A stretch of 62,850 nucleotides of DNA, filler included, from Squatina squatina (Eukaryota): the NCBI GenBank assembly GCA_031763465.1. It is 3 parts of 3 records of this genome, joined end to end, with 100 filler letters (N's around TTAATTAATTAA, not from the genome) between each part and the next. Parts side by side here need not be neighbours in the genome. Positions count along the whole stretch, not along the records: positions 38,886 to 62,850 come from JARFOE010000219.1; 2 more parts are not named here. The stretch is one strand, 5' to 3'. Positions within the stretch are counted from its first letter, which is position 1. The number at the start of each line of letters is the position of its first letter. A model generated the notes under the pieces. The model saw nothing but the letters and a program-made list of their open reading frames with translations, searched no databases and was not told where the DNA came from. The position numbers were made by a program, and so were the translations under genes. Shown here piece by piece: positions 53,130 through 62,850 of the stretch.

Positions 53130-53330
53130 GGATGGTTGTGGGAAATGTAGTCCAACGCCGCGAGCTGACACGGCCGGTCAACGGCCGAGGAAACTACAAC
53201 TCCCGAGGGGCGGCGCGATCGCCGCCCATGCGCAGAAGAGCCGGGTGCAAATGTCCTGTGTGTGTGTGTGGGGCCGTGGCCTGTCGGGTGGTGGTGGTGC
53301 TGGAGTCACGAGTGATTTCCGTTGGTTCCC
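53130..53330 (+). promoter_or_regulatory. MAX: MAX CpG-rich promoter region
   Basis: CpG-dense. ZNF143/THAP11-type motifs ACTACATTTCCCA (-, 53139-53151) and ACTACAACTCCC (+, 53193-53204), GC box GGGGCGG (53207-53213) and NRF1-like GCCCATGCGCA (53224-53234), about 210-310 nt upstream of the ATG. Confidence 0.8.
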
Positions 53331-53446
53331 CCTGTGTTTATTTTCTCCTTTTCTGTTTCCACATTAATTATCATCGTGTGCGTTTGTGCTTCTGTGGAGT
53401 TGTATTTGGGTTTTAAGATCGCCGCGCTTGTTTTTGGTTTAAAAGC

Positions 53447-53482
53447 ATGAGCGATAACGATGATATCGAGGTCGAAAGTGAC
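53447..53482 (+). CDS. MAX: MAX (MYC-associated factor X) exon 1 coding part
   Basis: MSDNDDIEVESD|gtaagt, identical to the recalled vertebrate MAX N-terminus. Confidence 0.97.
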
Positions 53483-53678
53483 GTAAGTCTCGCCTGCCCT
53501 TTTATTTGTCTTAAATTTAACGTGTTGGGCTTTTTTTTCTTCCTTCTGATTATATCGTTTCCTTTCCCTGCAGTTACGGATTTTATTCCCCCTCCCTCAT
53601 TCTTCGTCGATCTTTTTTTTGCAAAGCGCCAACTCTCCCTTTATTTATGATCATTTTGTGCACTTGTCTGTTTTTCAG

Positions 53679-53705
53679 GAAGAACAGCCGAGGTTTCAGA
53701 CATCG
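53679..53705 (+). CDS. MAX: MAX exon 2 (27-nt alternatively spliced exon)
   Basis: tttcag|GAAGAACAGCCGAGGTTTCAGACATCG|gtacgt = EEQPRFQTS (human EEQPRFQSA). Confidence 0.95.
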
Positions 53706-53862
53706 GTACGTAACGGAGGATTAACATCGACCCCGTGTCGACGCCTTAAAAAAATATATATTNNNNNNNNNNNNNNNNNNNNNNNNNNNNNNNNNNNNNN
53801 NNNNNNNNNNNNNNNNNNNNNNNNNNNNNNNNNNNNNNNNNNNNNNNNNNNNNNNNNNNNNN

Positions 53863-54020
53863 CCCAACTACAGGCCAACTTTTCATCCTCCGACAGCAGT
53901 TTATACACCAATCCCAAGGGCAGTGCAGTTTCTGCCTTTGACGGGGGCTCTGACTCCACTTCAGAGTCAGAAACTGAAGAACCTCAGACCAGAAAGAAAC
54001 TGCGAATGGAGGCAAGCTGA
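53863..54020 (+). CDS. MAX: MAX terminal exon (5' part in gap)
   Basis: [51 protein letters not shown], with the acidic CK2 region and NLS. The bHLH-LZ exons fall in the gap at 53763-53862. Confidence 0.96.
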
Positions 54021-54550
54021 ACCCGTTCAGGCAATAAACTGGCTGGCTTTTACTTGGGATTCTTGTGTATAGCTTTACTTTTCAGTTTGTCTTCTGTCAG
54101 GCCCCTTTGTGCTCTAAGGATTCTAACAATAGATGCTGTTATAATGATAGCATCCCGTTTCATCAGTAGAAGGACTCCCTGCTCTTCCTCGTGAAATTAC
54201 AAAATGGCAGCTGTCAAACAACTACGNNNNNNNNNNCTTAAGACTTATTCACTAGCTCTGGCACCCGGTGGAAAAAAGACTAGATTTGAAAATGTATGCT
54301 ATAAAAAGAATAAGGAAGCAAGGCACAAGTTATTTGATGCGCTATTAATCTGTATGGGTGTGCATTACAAATTGTTGGGTCATGTACGGCCAATTTTTAA
54401 TCTTATTTTGAGACCCTTTTGCATTTATTTTATTCATTTCAATTATGGAACAGAAGTTCAGTGTCACTTGGTATTAAAAAGTCATGGACTTCAAAACTAT
54501 TCACTTCAGACAAGTTTCACTTTTCATATTTCTTCAATGTTTTACAGATT
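54021..54550 (+). other. MAX: MAX 3'UTR (partial)
   Basis: Directly follows the MAX stop; contains one 10-N gap. Confidence 0.65.
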
Positions 54551-56003
54551 NNNNNNNNNNNNNNNNNNNNNNNNNNNNNNNNNNNNNNNNNNNNNNNNNN
54601 NNNNNNNNNNNNNNNNNNNNNNNNNNNNNNNNNNNNNNNNNNNNNNNNNNGTAAGTGTCTGTTGCTTTGTGATTTGAGGGGTGGGTTGAAAAGGATAAAG
54701 ACTTGTGCAGAAATATGGTGGATTTTTATCAGAACAAATCTGCCTCTCAATTTTGCCTTTAGAACATAATGCAGAGAACAAGAAAATAGCAATTTGTTCC
54801 ATCAGGTCTGCTTGCTGCACAGAACGTGTGCAATCTGTCTTGTCATAACTCTCCCTGCCACCCAGTCAACTTCCTGAGGGGTGAATTCTCTATGAAAGCT
54901 CTCTGATTCCCTAAAGGTGATCAGGCAAAGCTCTGGGACATAAAATCGAGGGCAGCACACTTGTGATATGCGCCCCACAATGGCCCCCACCCACCACCAG
55001 TGTGAACTCCGAAAATCAGCCATTACCTTCTAATATAGATGTTCTGAACAGCTTCTACCAAAAGTTACAATAATTCCATTGTTAAATCTTGTCAATTGTT
55101 TAGTATCCAAACTCCAGCTGTTGTGAGAATCCTTTCACCAGTGGAAGGTATAGCAAATAATTATTCAAGAAAACCTTTAAAAAGCTGATGGTTCACCTGA
55201 AGCAGTTGCTGAGCTAGAAGTGGATATTCAAGTTCACGTTCACTACTGCTGGAGGGAGGGCATCAGCTAATAATTTATGCACTAGTCAATGTGCCATGTC
55301 TAAAGAAAGCTAAGCAGTTCCACCCTTTGTATACAACTATAGATGTTAATCAGTTTCTATTAGCAGTAGTGTACTGATCCAGTGTGTTGTAGAATTTGGA
55401 TCCATTCTTTTTTTATTCTGTTCTGGTATAAGAGAAGTTCAGTTCCCTGGCTGCATCCTAGTTATTTTAGCATAGCTGCTGTTATTTGGCCGAAGTGTTA
55501 AAATGGCTCTATTACTGAGGTAGTTTTCTCTAAAGCAGTCCTGCTGCCTTGTTTTTAGTCAGGCACCTGATTAAACCTCTGCATTTCAGGTGACTATTTG
55601 GGTTTCATTACATTTAAATGGTTTTTATGCATAAATCTAGCTCTATACAGTGACCATATCTCACCTTCAAAATTAGACACTTGATATTTTTTTGATCAAA
55701 AGGGCTTTTTTTTTCCACTCACAGGATGTGGGTGTTGCTGGCAAGGCCAGCATTTATTGCCCTCGAAGATGGTGTTGAGCTGGCTTAGTGGCTTGCTTGA
55801 CCATTTCACAGGGCAGCTAAGAGTCAACCACATTTGGATACTGTGAATAGTTTAGATGCAATGATAATTCATGTGCTGGTATCAGTAGATGCAACTTTGT
55901 CCTGGCATTTTGTAATTATTTTCATTGTAAGTACATTTAGCCTTGAAATATAATTAGAACCTAGATTTATGACACTGAGGAGCACAATTACAATGTGTTC
56001 TAC

Positions 56004-56413
56004 TGTGGGTTCGAGTCCCACTCCAGAGATTTGAGCACAAAAATCTAGGCTGACACTCCAGTGCAGTGCTGAGGGAGTGCTGCACTATCAGAGGTGCCAT
56101 CTTTTGGATGAGACTTTAAACCGAGGCCCAGTCTGCCCCCTCGGGTGCACATAAAAGATCGTATGGCAATATTTCAAAGGCGAGCTGTCCCCGGTGCCCT
56201 ACCCAATATTTATCCCTCAATCAGCATCACTAAAACAGATTATCTGGTCACTATCACATTGCTGATTGTGGGAGCTTGCTGAGCACAAATTAGCTCCCAC
56301 GTTTCCTACATTATAACAGCGACTTCGAAAAAGTCCGTTATTGTCAGTAAAGTGCTTTGGGATGTCTGGTGTTTGAAAGGCGCTATATAAATGCAAGCCT
56401 TTTCTTTCTTTTT
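56004..56413 (+). mobile_element. SacSINE1/DeuSINE-like tRNA-derived SINE
   Basis: Pol III B box GGTTCGAGTCC (56008-56018), Deu-domain-like GAGGGAGTGCTGCAC..AGAGGTGCCATCTTTTGGATGAGAC.TTAAACCGAGG, and tail GCGCTATATAAATGCAAG plus (CTTT)n. Confidence 0.85.
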
Positions 56414-56525
56414 AAATGTCATATACACATCTAATATGATTGGGTTATGGGGTTCGATTTGCGAGTTATGCTTTTGTGCTGAATTTCTGCTCAAGTTTTA
56501 ATTTTTATGATCTATTGCTTAACAG

Positions 56526-56639
56526 CGGAAGGTAAGGAGGAGATTGTCAAAGTGACGTTCAGAGAGCTAAAGAGAGATGTGGCTCTGTATGCAGCGGCTC
56601 TCCGAAAGATGGGAGTGAAGATAGGCGACAGAGTTGTTG
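56526..56639 (+). CDS. AACS: Isolated acetoacetyl-CoA synthetase (AACS)-like exon; functional status unknown
   Basis: taacag|...|gtaggt; 114 nt, phase 1-1; [38 protein letters not shown] versus recalled human [43 protein letters not shown] recognised no other AACS exon in the window. Confidence 0.85.
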
Positions 56640-58152
56640 GTAGGTAGCCTTTTGACTTCTAAATTCTTACTTTCTGTTTAAATAAAGTAAATGCTTTAAG
56701 CAAACCATTTTCCACTATTTCAATCATTTAAATGTGTTGAATTAGAAAGCGAAAGTTGGTATATTTATAAAAAAAAAACCACACATGGGACACATTAATG
56801 ATTGTTTATAACCTGCTGGAAGTTTAATTTCGACGGCAAGCAAACCAAACATGGCATTGCATTTCTCATAATTTTCAGACAGACTTCAGTTACTCATTTT
56901 TAAAATCAACTAACGTTATGGGAATAATATCATTGTTATGGCCAGAGCCAAATATGAAGTTCAATATTTATACCTGCAATCAAACTGTTGGAAATAAGTT
57001 ATCTGAAGGAGTTTTAAAAGAGGAAGAGTTTAGTGCAGCAGTTAGTACACCCATCTATCATGGGAGCGGTAGAATCGCAATCACAGACAAAATGCAGTGA
57101 GGAGGCACCAAGTGAAGGTCAGGCACTTATCTGTTTAACATGACTTCACAACCAATCTGTTGTGAAGAGAAGGAATTTTATTCACATCAATACAAATACT
57201 GCCAACTGTAATTAGAAAAACATAATCCTCACAATGCAAGATTTTTCCATAGGACAACAGAGCACGCTACATACATACAGGGATGATTCCAGTCATGACC
57301 AGGCCATAATTGGAGTGTTTTGTATAACCTACTGACTGAGTAATATCTATGTCGCTCAAGTTCCAGTAAACACAGCTGCTTTGAAACGTGGACCGTCAAT
57401 TGCAATTCTCAGAAACGTTGGGACTTCTACGTTTTACAATTTATTGTGTGAAGAGTAGTATGAACAGTGCCAGGTGATACGACCACGTGCTCAGCAAGGC
57501 TGTGGCTCGTCTTTAGACCACAGATAGTCTTGCATGTCTTTGTAACTAAAAACAGTGCTGGGGGCCACTCTCACAGCATAAAATACAAAGGCAAAGTTTA
57601 AAGAACAAGTTCTTACTGTTTACTTTGTCTTCCTCTGACATGATTTTCGCATATGATAAGGTTCTACGACAGATTATTCTCTCAATTAAACCCATCTTAA
57701 TATTATGCTGTAATTAGCAAAACATACAGCACATTGTTCGACATAACTCCAGTACATTCTACAGTTTTCTAGTTATTCAGTATGCAACACAAGTCTTTTC
57801 TTTAGAAAAGGAAAGCGCAAAGAACTGTTCTCAAATGGTGAAAATTAATCCAGACAAAATGAAAACTTGAAAAGATTATTTTTATTGCGACTGTGATAAA
57901 TTACTTCTGAAGCTAGTAACAAGCACAGTGCTGCATTCACACCAATCCTATTCATTCAGGGGCACGGTGCTGACCGTAGACCGGGCTAGTCAGCTAGTTC
58001 CAATGGCTTTTTTTTGTAGTTGTAAGAAGCTGATAGCTTCATATTAGTACCTGCTCCATGTTGAACCATTTTACTTTGCAAATCACAATTCTTTGCACTG
58101 AGGTTACACAATTTGTACTTGGAAATTTAGTTATTTTGAATGCATAATTAAT

Positions 58153-58257
58153 TTAATTTGAATTATTCTTCATCTGTGGAACTGGCAGCTTGAGGAAGTG
58201 TATTACAGCTTGTGCTACTTTTTCAGGACCAATGTTGTATACAGGATGGGTTGGTTC
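58153..58257 (-). CDS. FNTB: FNTB (farnesyltransferase beta subunit) terminal exon
   Basis: caacag| acceptor; EPTHPVYNIGPEKVAQAVIHFLKLPVPQMKNNSN* versus human QPTHPVYNIGPDKVIQATTYFLQKPVP; convergent with MAX as in mammals. Confidence 0.92.
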   Translation of the reverse strand, partial: EPTHPVYNIGPEKVAQAVIHFLKLPVPQMKNNSN

Positions 58258-59987
58258 CTGTTGAAAAAAAGATATTTTACAATATATATTTCCACATCTA
58301 TTCCATGTAATTATAAATAAAACCGCAAGATAGACTTGATGCAAAGTGTATTTGAGCCATCTGTAACTAAAGATGAATTATCTATCTTTTATCCTGCTAA
58401 TACTGGGAAGTTGCTAACAAGGAGACAAAAGGTAAATGGGGGGGAAAAAAAAGCCAAATTGTTTGGATAACCTGTAAGATTTACAAAAGAAATGTAAACA
58501 CAAAGGATTTTTTTTTATCTGAGTGAGATATACAGAGANNNNNNNNNNNNNNNNNNNNNNNNNNNNNNNNNNNNNNNNNNNNNNNNNNNNNNNNNNNNNN
58601 NNNNNNNNNNNNNNNNNNNNNNNNNNNNNNNNNNNNNNCTTTCAGTAATATGCCTGGGAAGTGAACAGCAAACCCTGTTTGGTAATTGCTTTTAGCTGCT
58701 GAATTTACTCTGTGCCTCTAAGATCTCACTCCAGGTTTTGAAAGTGGTAGGGCATCACATCAGACCTAGTTTTAAGTTAAAAATATCAAGTGAATTTATT
58801 TTACAAAAGATGAATAAGCAACTAAGCAATCATATCATACAGTTACATACCGACAGTAGATATTCCTACTTCCTTGAGTGGTCATAAAATTGTAACTCAG
58901 AACTGAGCTAACTCTTGGTATATAATTTTGAAATTATATTGTTTCTTTTCATTGAATTTCTCCACTGTAGGAGCCCTGTTAATCTAAACTTTTCCTTGGA
59001 AATAGCAGATAATTTTTTATCTCCTTCTCAGATTTATAAATTAGATCTACCATCTTTTATAATCCCAACTAAAGAGTTAACGGGACTTCCTGGATTTTGA
59101 ATATCCAACCATTGAAACTTAGAAAGGAACTGTCAATCTTATACAAATAGAACCAAATCACACGAAATTGTTTAAGTTTGAATTTCTCCATCCTCTATAA
59201 ATCAACAAACCTTGCAAAATTGCAAAACAAGCTTGGTTGAGGAATGCGAACCGCAGTTGGTTTTTACGATGCTTATGTATCCGTATTATTTACATGTACA
59301 GCCAGTAAATCAAAGCAAGACAAGATATCTCATTTCTGTCACAAGAACTAAATAGCCCATTACTGATGGGTGGAAACAGTTTCTCCGGTCATACCAGAGC
59401 CAAATACCACCAACAGGTGACAAGCAGGATAACTCCTCTAACTTACACCCTACGGTGGCAATTGCAAAACACAACTGTTGCATTACTCAAGCAAATTGGG
59501 AACCTCATCTCTGGCACCACGGAGATCAGCAGAGAATTTGTAGTCACTGTACCTTGCTCTATACTTCCCAGTCCTAGTCCATGTAACAAGAGACTGCGGG
59601 ACACCCACCCACTCCCTGGAAAGTGCACAAAATCATTCAATGTTCTGTTCTCAGTGCATATAATATCCAATGAGAAGTAACAATCTGGGAAGGTGCCAGG
59701 TCTAACAGCTACCTTGCAGGATTTTCTAAAGCCTTACTGCCTGAACTTGGGGGTCTCTATATTTTCCTTTGCTTCAAATGTTAAATCTATTCTTCCCGTG
59801 GTCTCTACCTTAACTATTCTCTGTGTGTGGCAAAGTCTTCCATGTTTAAACTCACTGCATTAACACATTACTGCTAACCTCTCTCCTNNNNNNNNNNNNN
59901 NNNNNNNNNNNNNNNNNNNNNNNNNNNNNNNNNNNNNNNNNNNNNNNNNNNNNNNNNNNNNNNNNNNNNNNNNNNNNNNNNNNNNNN

Positions 59988-60676
59988 TCTGTTGTCTGGC
60001 CTCTGCCTGTGCCTACCTGTTGGTACCACTGCAGGCTCGGGCTCCTACGTTTGGCGTGCTGGGGCTGCTTCAACTTCCCCCTCCTTTGGCCATCTCTCTT
60101 CTGGATCCTTTGCCTCTGCAATTGCCTCTACCTTCTCCTTCTGATGAGGTAATTCCTCAGATGGAGCAGCAGAATACAGTCCACTGCGAGTACAGCGTGC
60201 GTTTAAATCAATGTGCAAAATGCCCTTGCGATGAACTAATTAACAGGTGTGAAAGGCTAAACTTGATTAAAGTCCTTCTTACTTCTTTGCCACTAATGCA
60301 TAGGCCACAGCTCTTACACACACTCCTCCTCCACCTCGCTGCTGTGGTGCCAAATACCTTTTCAAATCACTAAAAAGTGATGTCGAGTCAGGAGCTGCCT
60401 CTGCAGCGACAGCTTTTCCTGTCTCTGCTAACCCCAGGCGGGCCCTGCAATTTCAGCAGCCAATTTACTCCTGGGTCGCTCAGGGGGCATTACACATGGT
60501 GATGACATCGCCATCACTGTGCACCGGCGAGAATGGGGTCACGCTGGGCTGCGGAGGCGTCTCCTGTGGGCGCCTATGGACGGGACCAATGTTAAAAACT
60601 TAAAATACCCTTAGCTTCCTCGTAGCGACTACGACCGGCGAGACTGGGGCACTAAAAGTACCTGAATTTCGGCCCC
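59988..60676. mobile_element. GC-rich TIR element, right portion
   Basis: GC-rich block ending GAATTTCGGCCCC, the same terminus as at 41885 and 46302; the left boundary is hidden in a gap. Confidence 0.5.
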
Positions 60677-60689
60677 ACAGAGTCTAAAC

Positions 60690-61127
60690 CAGGAAGTATA
60701 AATTAGATTTAAATCATGTTCAGAAAGCAAAATAAAGATTGGAAATGACAGATGGGAATAAGAGAGAAAGATAAAAGAGACAGAGAAATGGAAAAAAGGT
60801 TTTATTTCCCAACATTAAACATGAACATTCTGAAGGGCTGAGACTCCACACCTGTTAAAAAAAAAATACATTTTCAGGGCCAGAGAGGTGGCTTGCCAGT
60901 AATTATCACGCTATTAAAATTTCATTGACTCCTGAATGCACTGGCCCCAACTTTTTCTGACGTGGTTCTGTTATAACGCAGCCTGTGGAGGAGCAGGGTG
61001 ACTCAGGACACAACCTCCGGATTTCCGCGTTTAACTACACATTTGCGTACTCCGGAAATGTGATTTATTCCACAATAATGGTGAGCATTGACAGCCTCGC
61101 CATTATTATTAATGCAAATTCCAGGCC
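60690..61127 (-). mobile_element. TIR element of the same family as the copy at 22720
   Basis: Ends GCAAATTCCAGGCC|AAT; the reverse complement aligns with 22720-22845. The inner boundary is approximate. Confidence 0.55.
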
Positions 61128-62345
61128 AATGACTATGAATAGCTAACCTCTCAAAAAAGCATTGCATCAAAGACATCCATCCAAGGTACAAGTCTAACAG
61201 TTCAGGAAATGACTAGAATTAAGAAATCATATTATTGCTTTTAAGTTGAAGTTTTTGCATTCTAGTGAAATCTGATGTGTTTTCCCTGATTTCTGCTAAT
61301 TTTATTAATAAACCTGATTACTAGTTTGCAGCCTGGTATACATGATTCGTTCGGATGTTAGTTGCACATTAGTTGGACAAATCGAGAGAGTGTTTATTAG
61401 CAGTATAATGGGGCTTAATGTTCATTGTATCTTAATAACTTTATGCGTCAAGTCACATTCGGATTCATTGGGAACAAGGAATTGCTATGGGAGTAATATT
61501 TTGTTCCTGACGAGAAATATCTAAAGAATGCCCAAAACCTGATGATCTGTTGAAAGAAAATCAAATCTAAATGTCAACAGCAGCAGGCATTATTCCACTA
61601 AAAACAAGCCTCAGTATCACATTCAGTAATCTCACAAATGTGGTTTTTAGTAATACAAGATTTACAGTTTAGCTGCCCACAGGATAAGCTGTTGAACAAT
61701 AAGTTGACTCTGATCAAGTACGAAGTTAAGTAATGTGCCCTGGAATTTAAGAATTATAGAGTGCTGCATAACCATTGCAGAGGAGCTTTACCTTGAATAG
61801 AAAGAGACTTTGAAGTACTATTTATCCTCCCCGTACAAAATAATTCTGGGGTAAAACATCTAGAATGGATTTTTTCCTGAAGGAGACCAAAATTCTCCAT
61901 TTTATCTTATGCAAAAGTAGCTACATGAAAACACATCAGTACAATGGGTTCATCTCCAGCCTGCTGCCATAAACCCAGGGAGTGACTGACATCATTTCCT
62001 GCTCCTGGCTGCTAATCCAGTCACTTGAATCCTAGTTGGTGTCAAACTTTGGTCTGGATGTTGGGGTTACCATCCAAGATTGGGAAATATGCAAATTTCT
62101 GTTTAGGGTTATGGCAGCCAGTCAGTCAGAATGTGAATATGGCATTTGAGTATATTTTTCAGATGTGGCACACATGGTTGGTCTCCACAGGCTGTTTTTA
62201 TGCTAGTTAAATTGAAGAATGCTTATATTTTGGATACAAGTGTCTTTCTGTCTCTTGGTACAACCACACAATGCACTACAGTCAAAGCTTTTAGGTAGTG
62301 TTTCTGAACTATGTTCCAGTTAGGACATTTGTGAATAATGCTTAC

Positions 62346-62492
62346 CTGTTAATAACATTATATGCCTCTTCTGTGCCGATAATACAAAGCGCATTCACTG
62401 CTGCATATGTTGGAGCAAGATGTGGCTCTTGGCCTGGTCCACCACCAAATCCACCATTTGGACTTTGACATCGTGTCAGGAATTGACAAATG
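62346..62492 (-). CDS. FNTB: FNTB internal exon (prenyltransferase repeat)
   Basis: acatag|...|gtaagc; 147 nt; ICQFLTRCQSPNGGFGGGPGQEPHLAPTYAAVNALCIIGTEEAYNVIN(R). It is not in the ORF track. Confidence 0.96.
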
Positions 62493-62850
62493 CTATGTAG
62501 AAAGGTGGGAAAATGTAATTATGAATGGACAGACAATCAAAACTATCGAGTCATTATCAAGTCTTCAATTTGCTGCAGAGTACATGATTTTTAACACTTC
62601 TATACAGAGCCCACTAGTGACGATCAACAGGAACAACCATTTCAGTTAAAAGAAGTGTGTGTGTTAGTATATATATATATTATATATATATATAATTAAA
62701 AAAAACTAAAATAAAAAATGTCTGCATTGGTTGCTCTCCGCTCCCAACTGGGATCGTCATGGTCTGGAGTTTTCTCCGTGGGCATAACACAGTAGTCAGA
62801 CCAGAAAATGCACCCAATGTCACACTCATTTTGCAGATGTCAATTTACTC

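Noticed and set aside
53619-54020. ORF suggesting a MAX protein lacking the bHLH-leucine zipper
   Set aside because: The ORF runs through intron sequence and a 100-N gap. Exons 3-4 are unassembled rather than shown to be deleted.
56004-56030. tRNA gene
   Set aside because: Only a B box at the head of a SINE; there is no cloverleaf.

Overview
Eukaryotic, AT-rich vertebrate DNA from a heavily gapped draft assembly, most likely an elasmobranch (shark or ray); this is inferred from the CR1/HER1-type LINE tails and SacSINE1/DeuSINE-like SINEs. Two artificial 100-bp linkers (44N-TTAATTAATTAA-44N) split the window into three unrelated blocks. Block 1 (1-19946) has four GULP1 exons (+), a pile of decayed CR1 LINEs, an orphan 3'UTR that looks like COL3A1 (+; let-7 and miR-29 seed sites and a polyA signal) and two C-propeptide exons of COL5A2 (-). 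Block 2 (20047-38785) has two TMEM68 exons (+), decayed PIF/Harbinger transposons, and XKR4 exons 2-3 with a long candidate 3'UTR (-). Block 3 (38886-62850) has repeat-rich intergenic DNA, the MAX promoter and exons (+), two FNTB exons (-), and one intact AACS-like exon lying between the MAX and FNTB 3' ends. Many exons are lost in N gaps, so gene sizes and apparent exon absences mean nothing here. I see no convincing new multi-gene system. The best leads are the out-of-place AACS exon (possibly an exapted MAX terminal exon), candidate deeply conserved collagen 3'UTR elements, and a Harbinger-linked family of TIR elements. Gene identities come from my recall of vertebrate orthologues, not from database searches.
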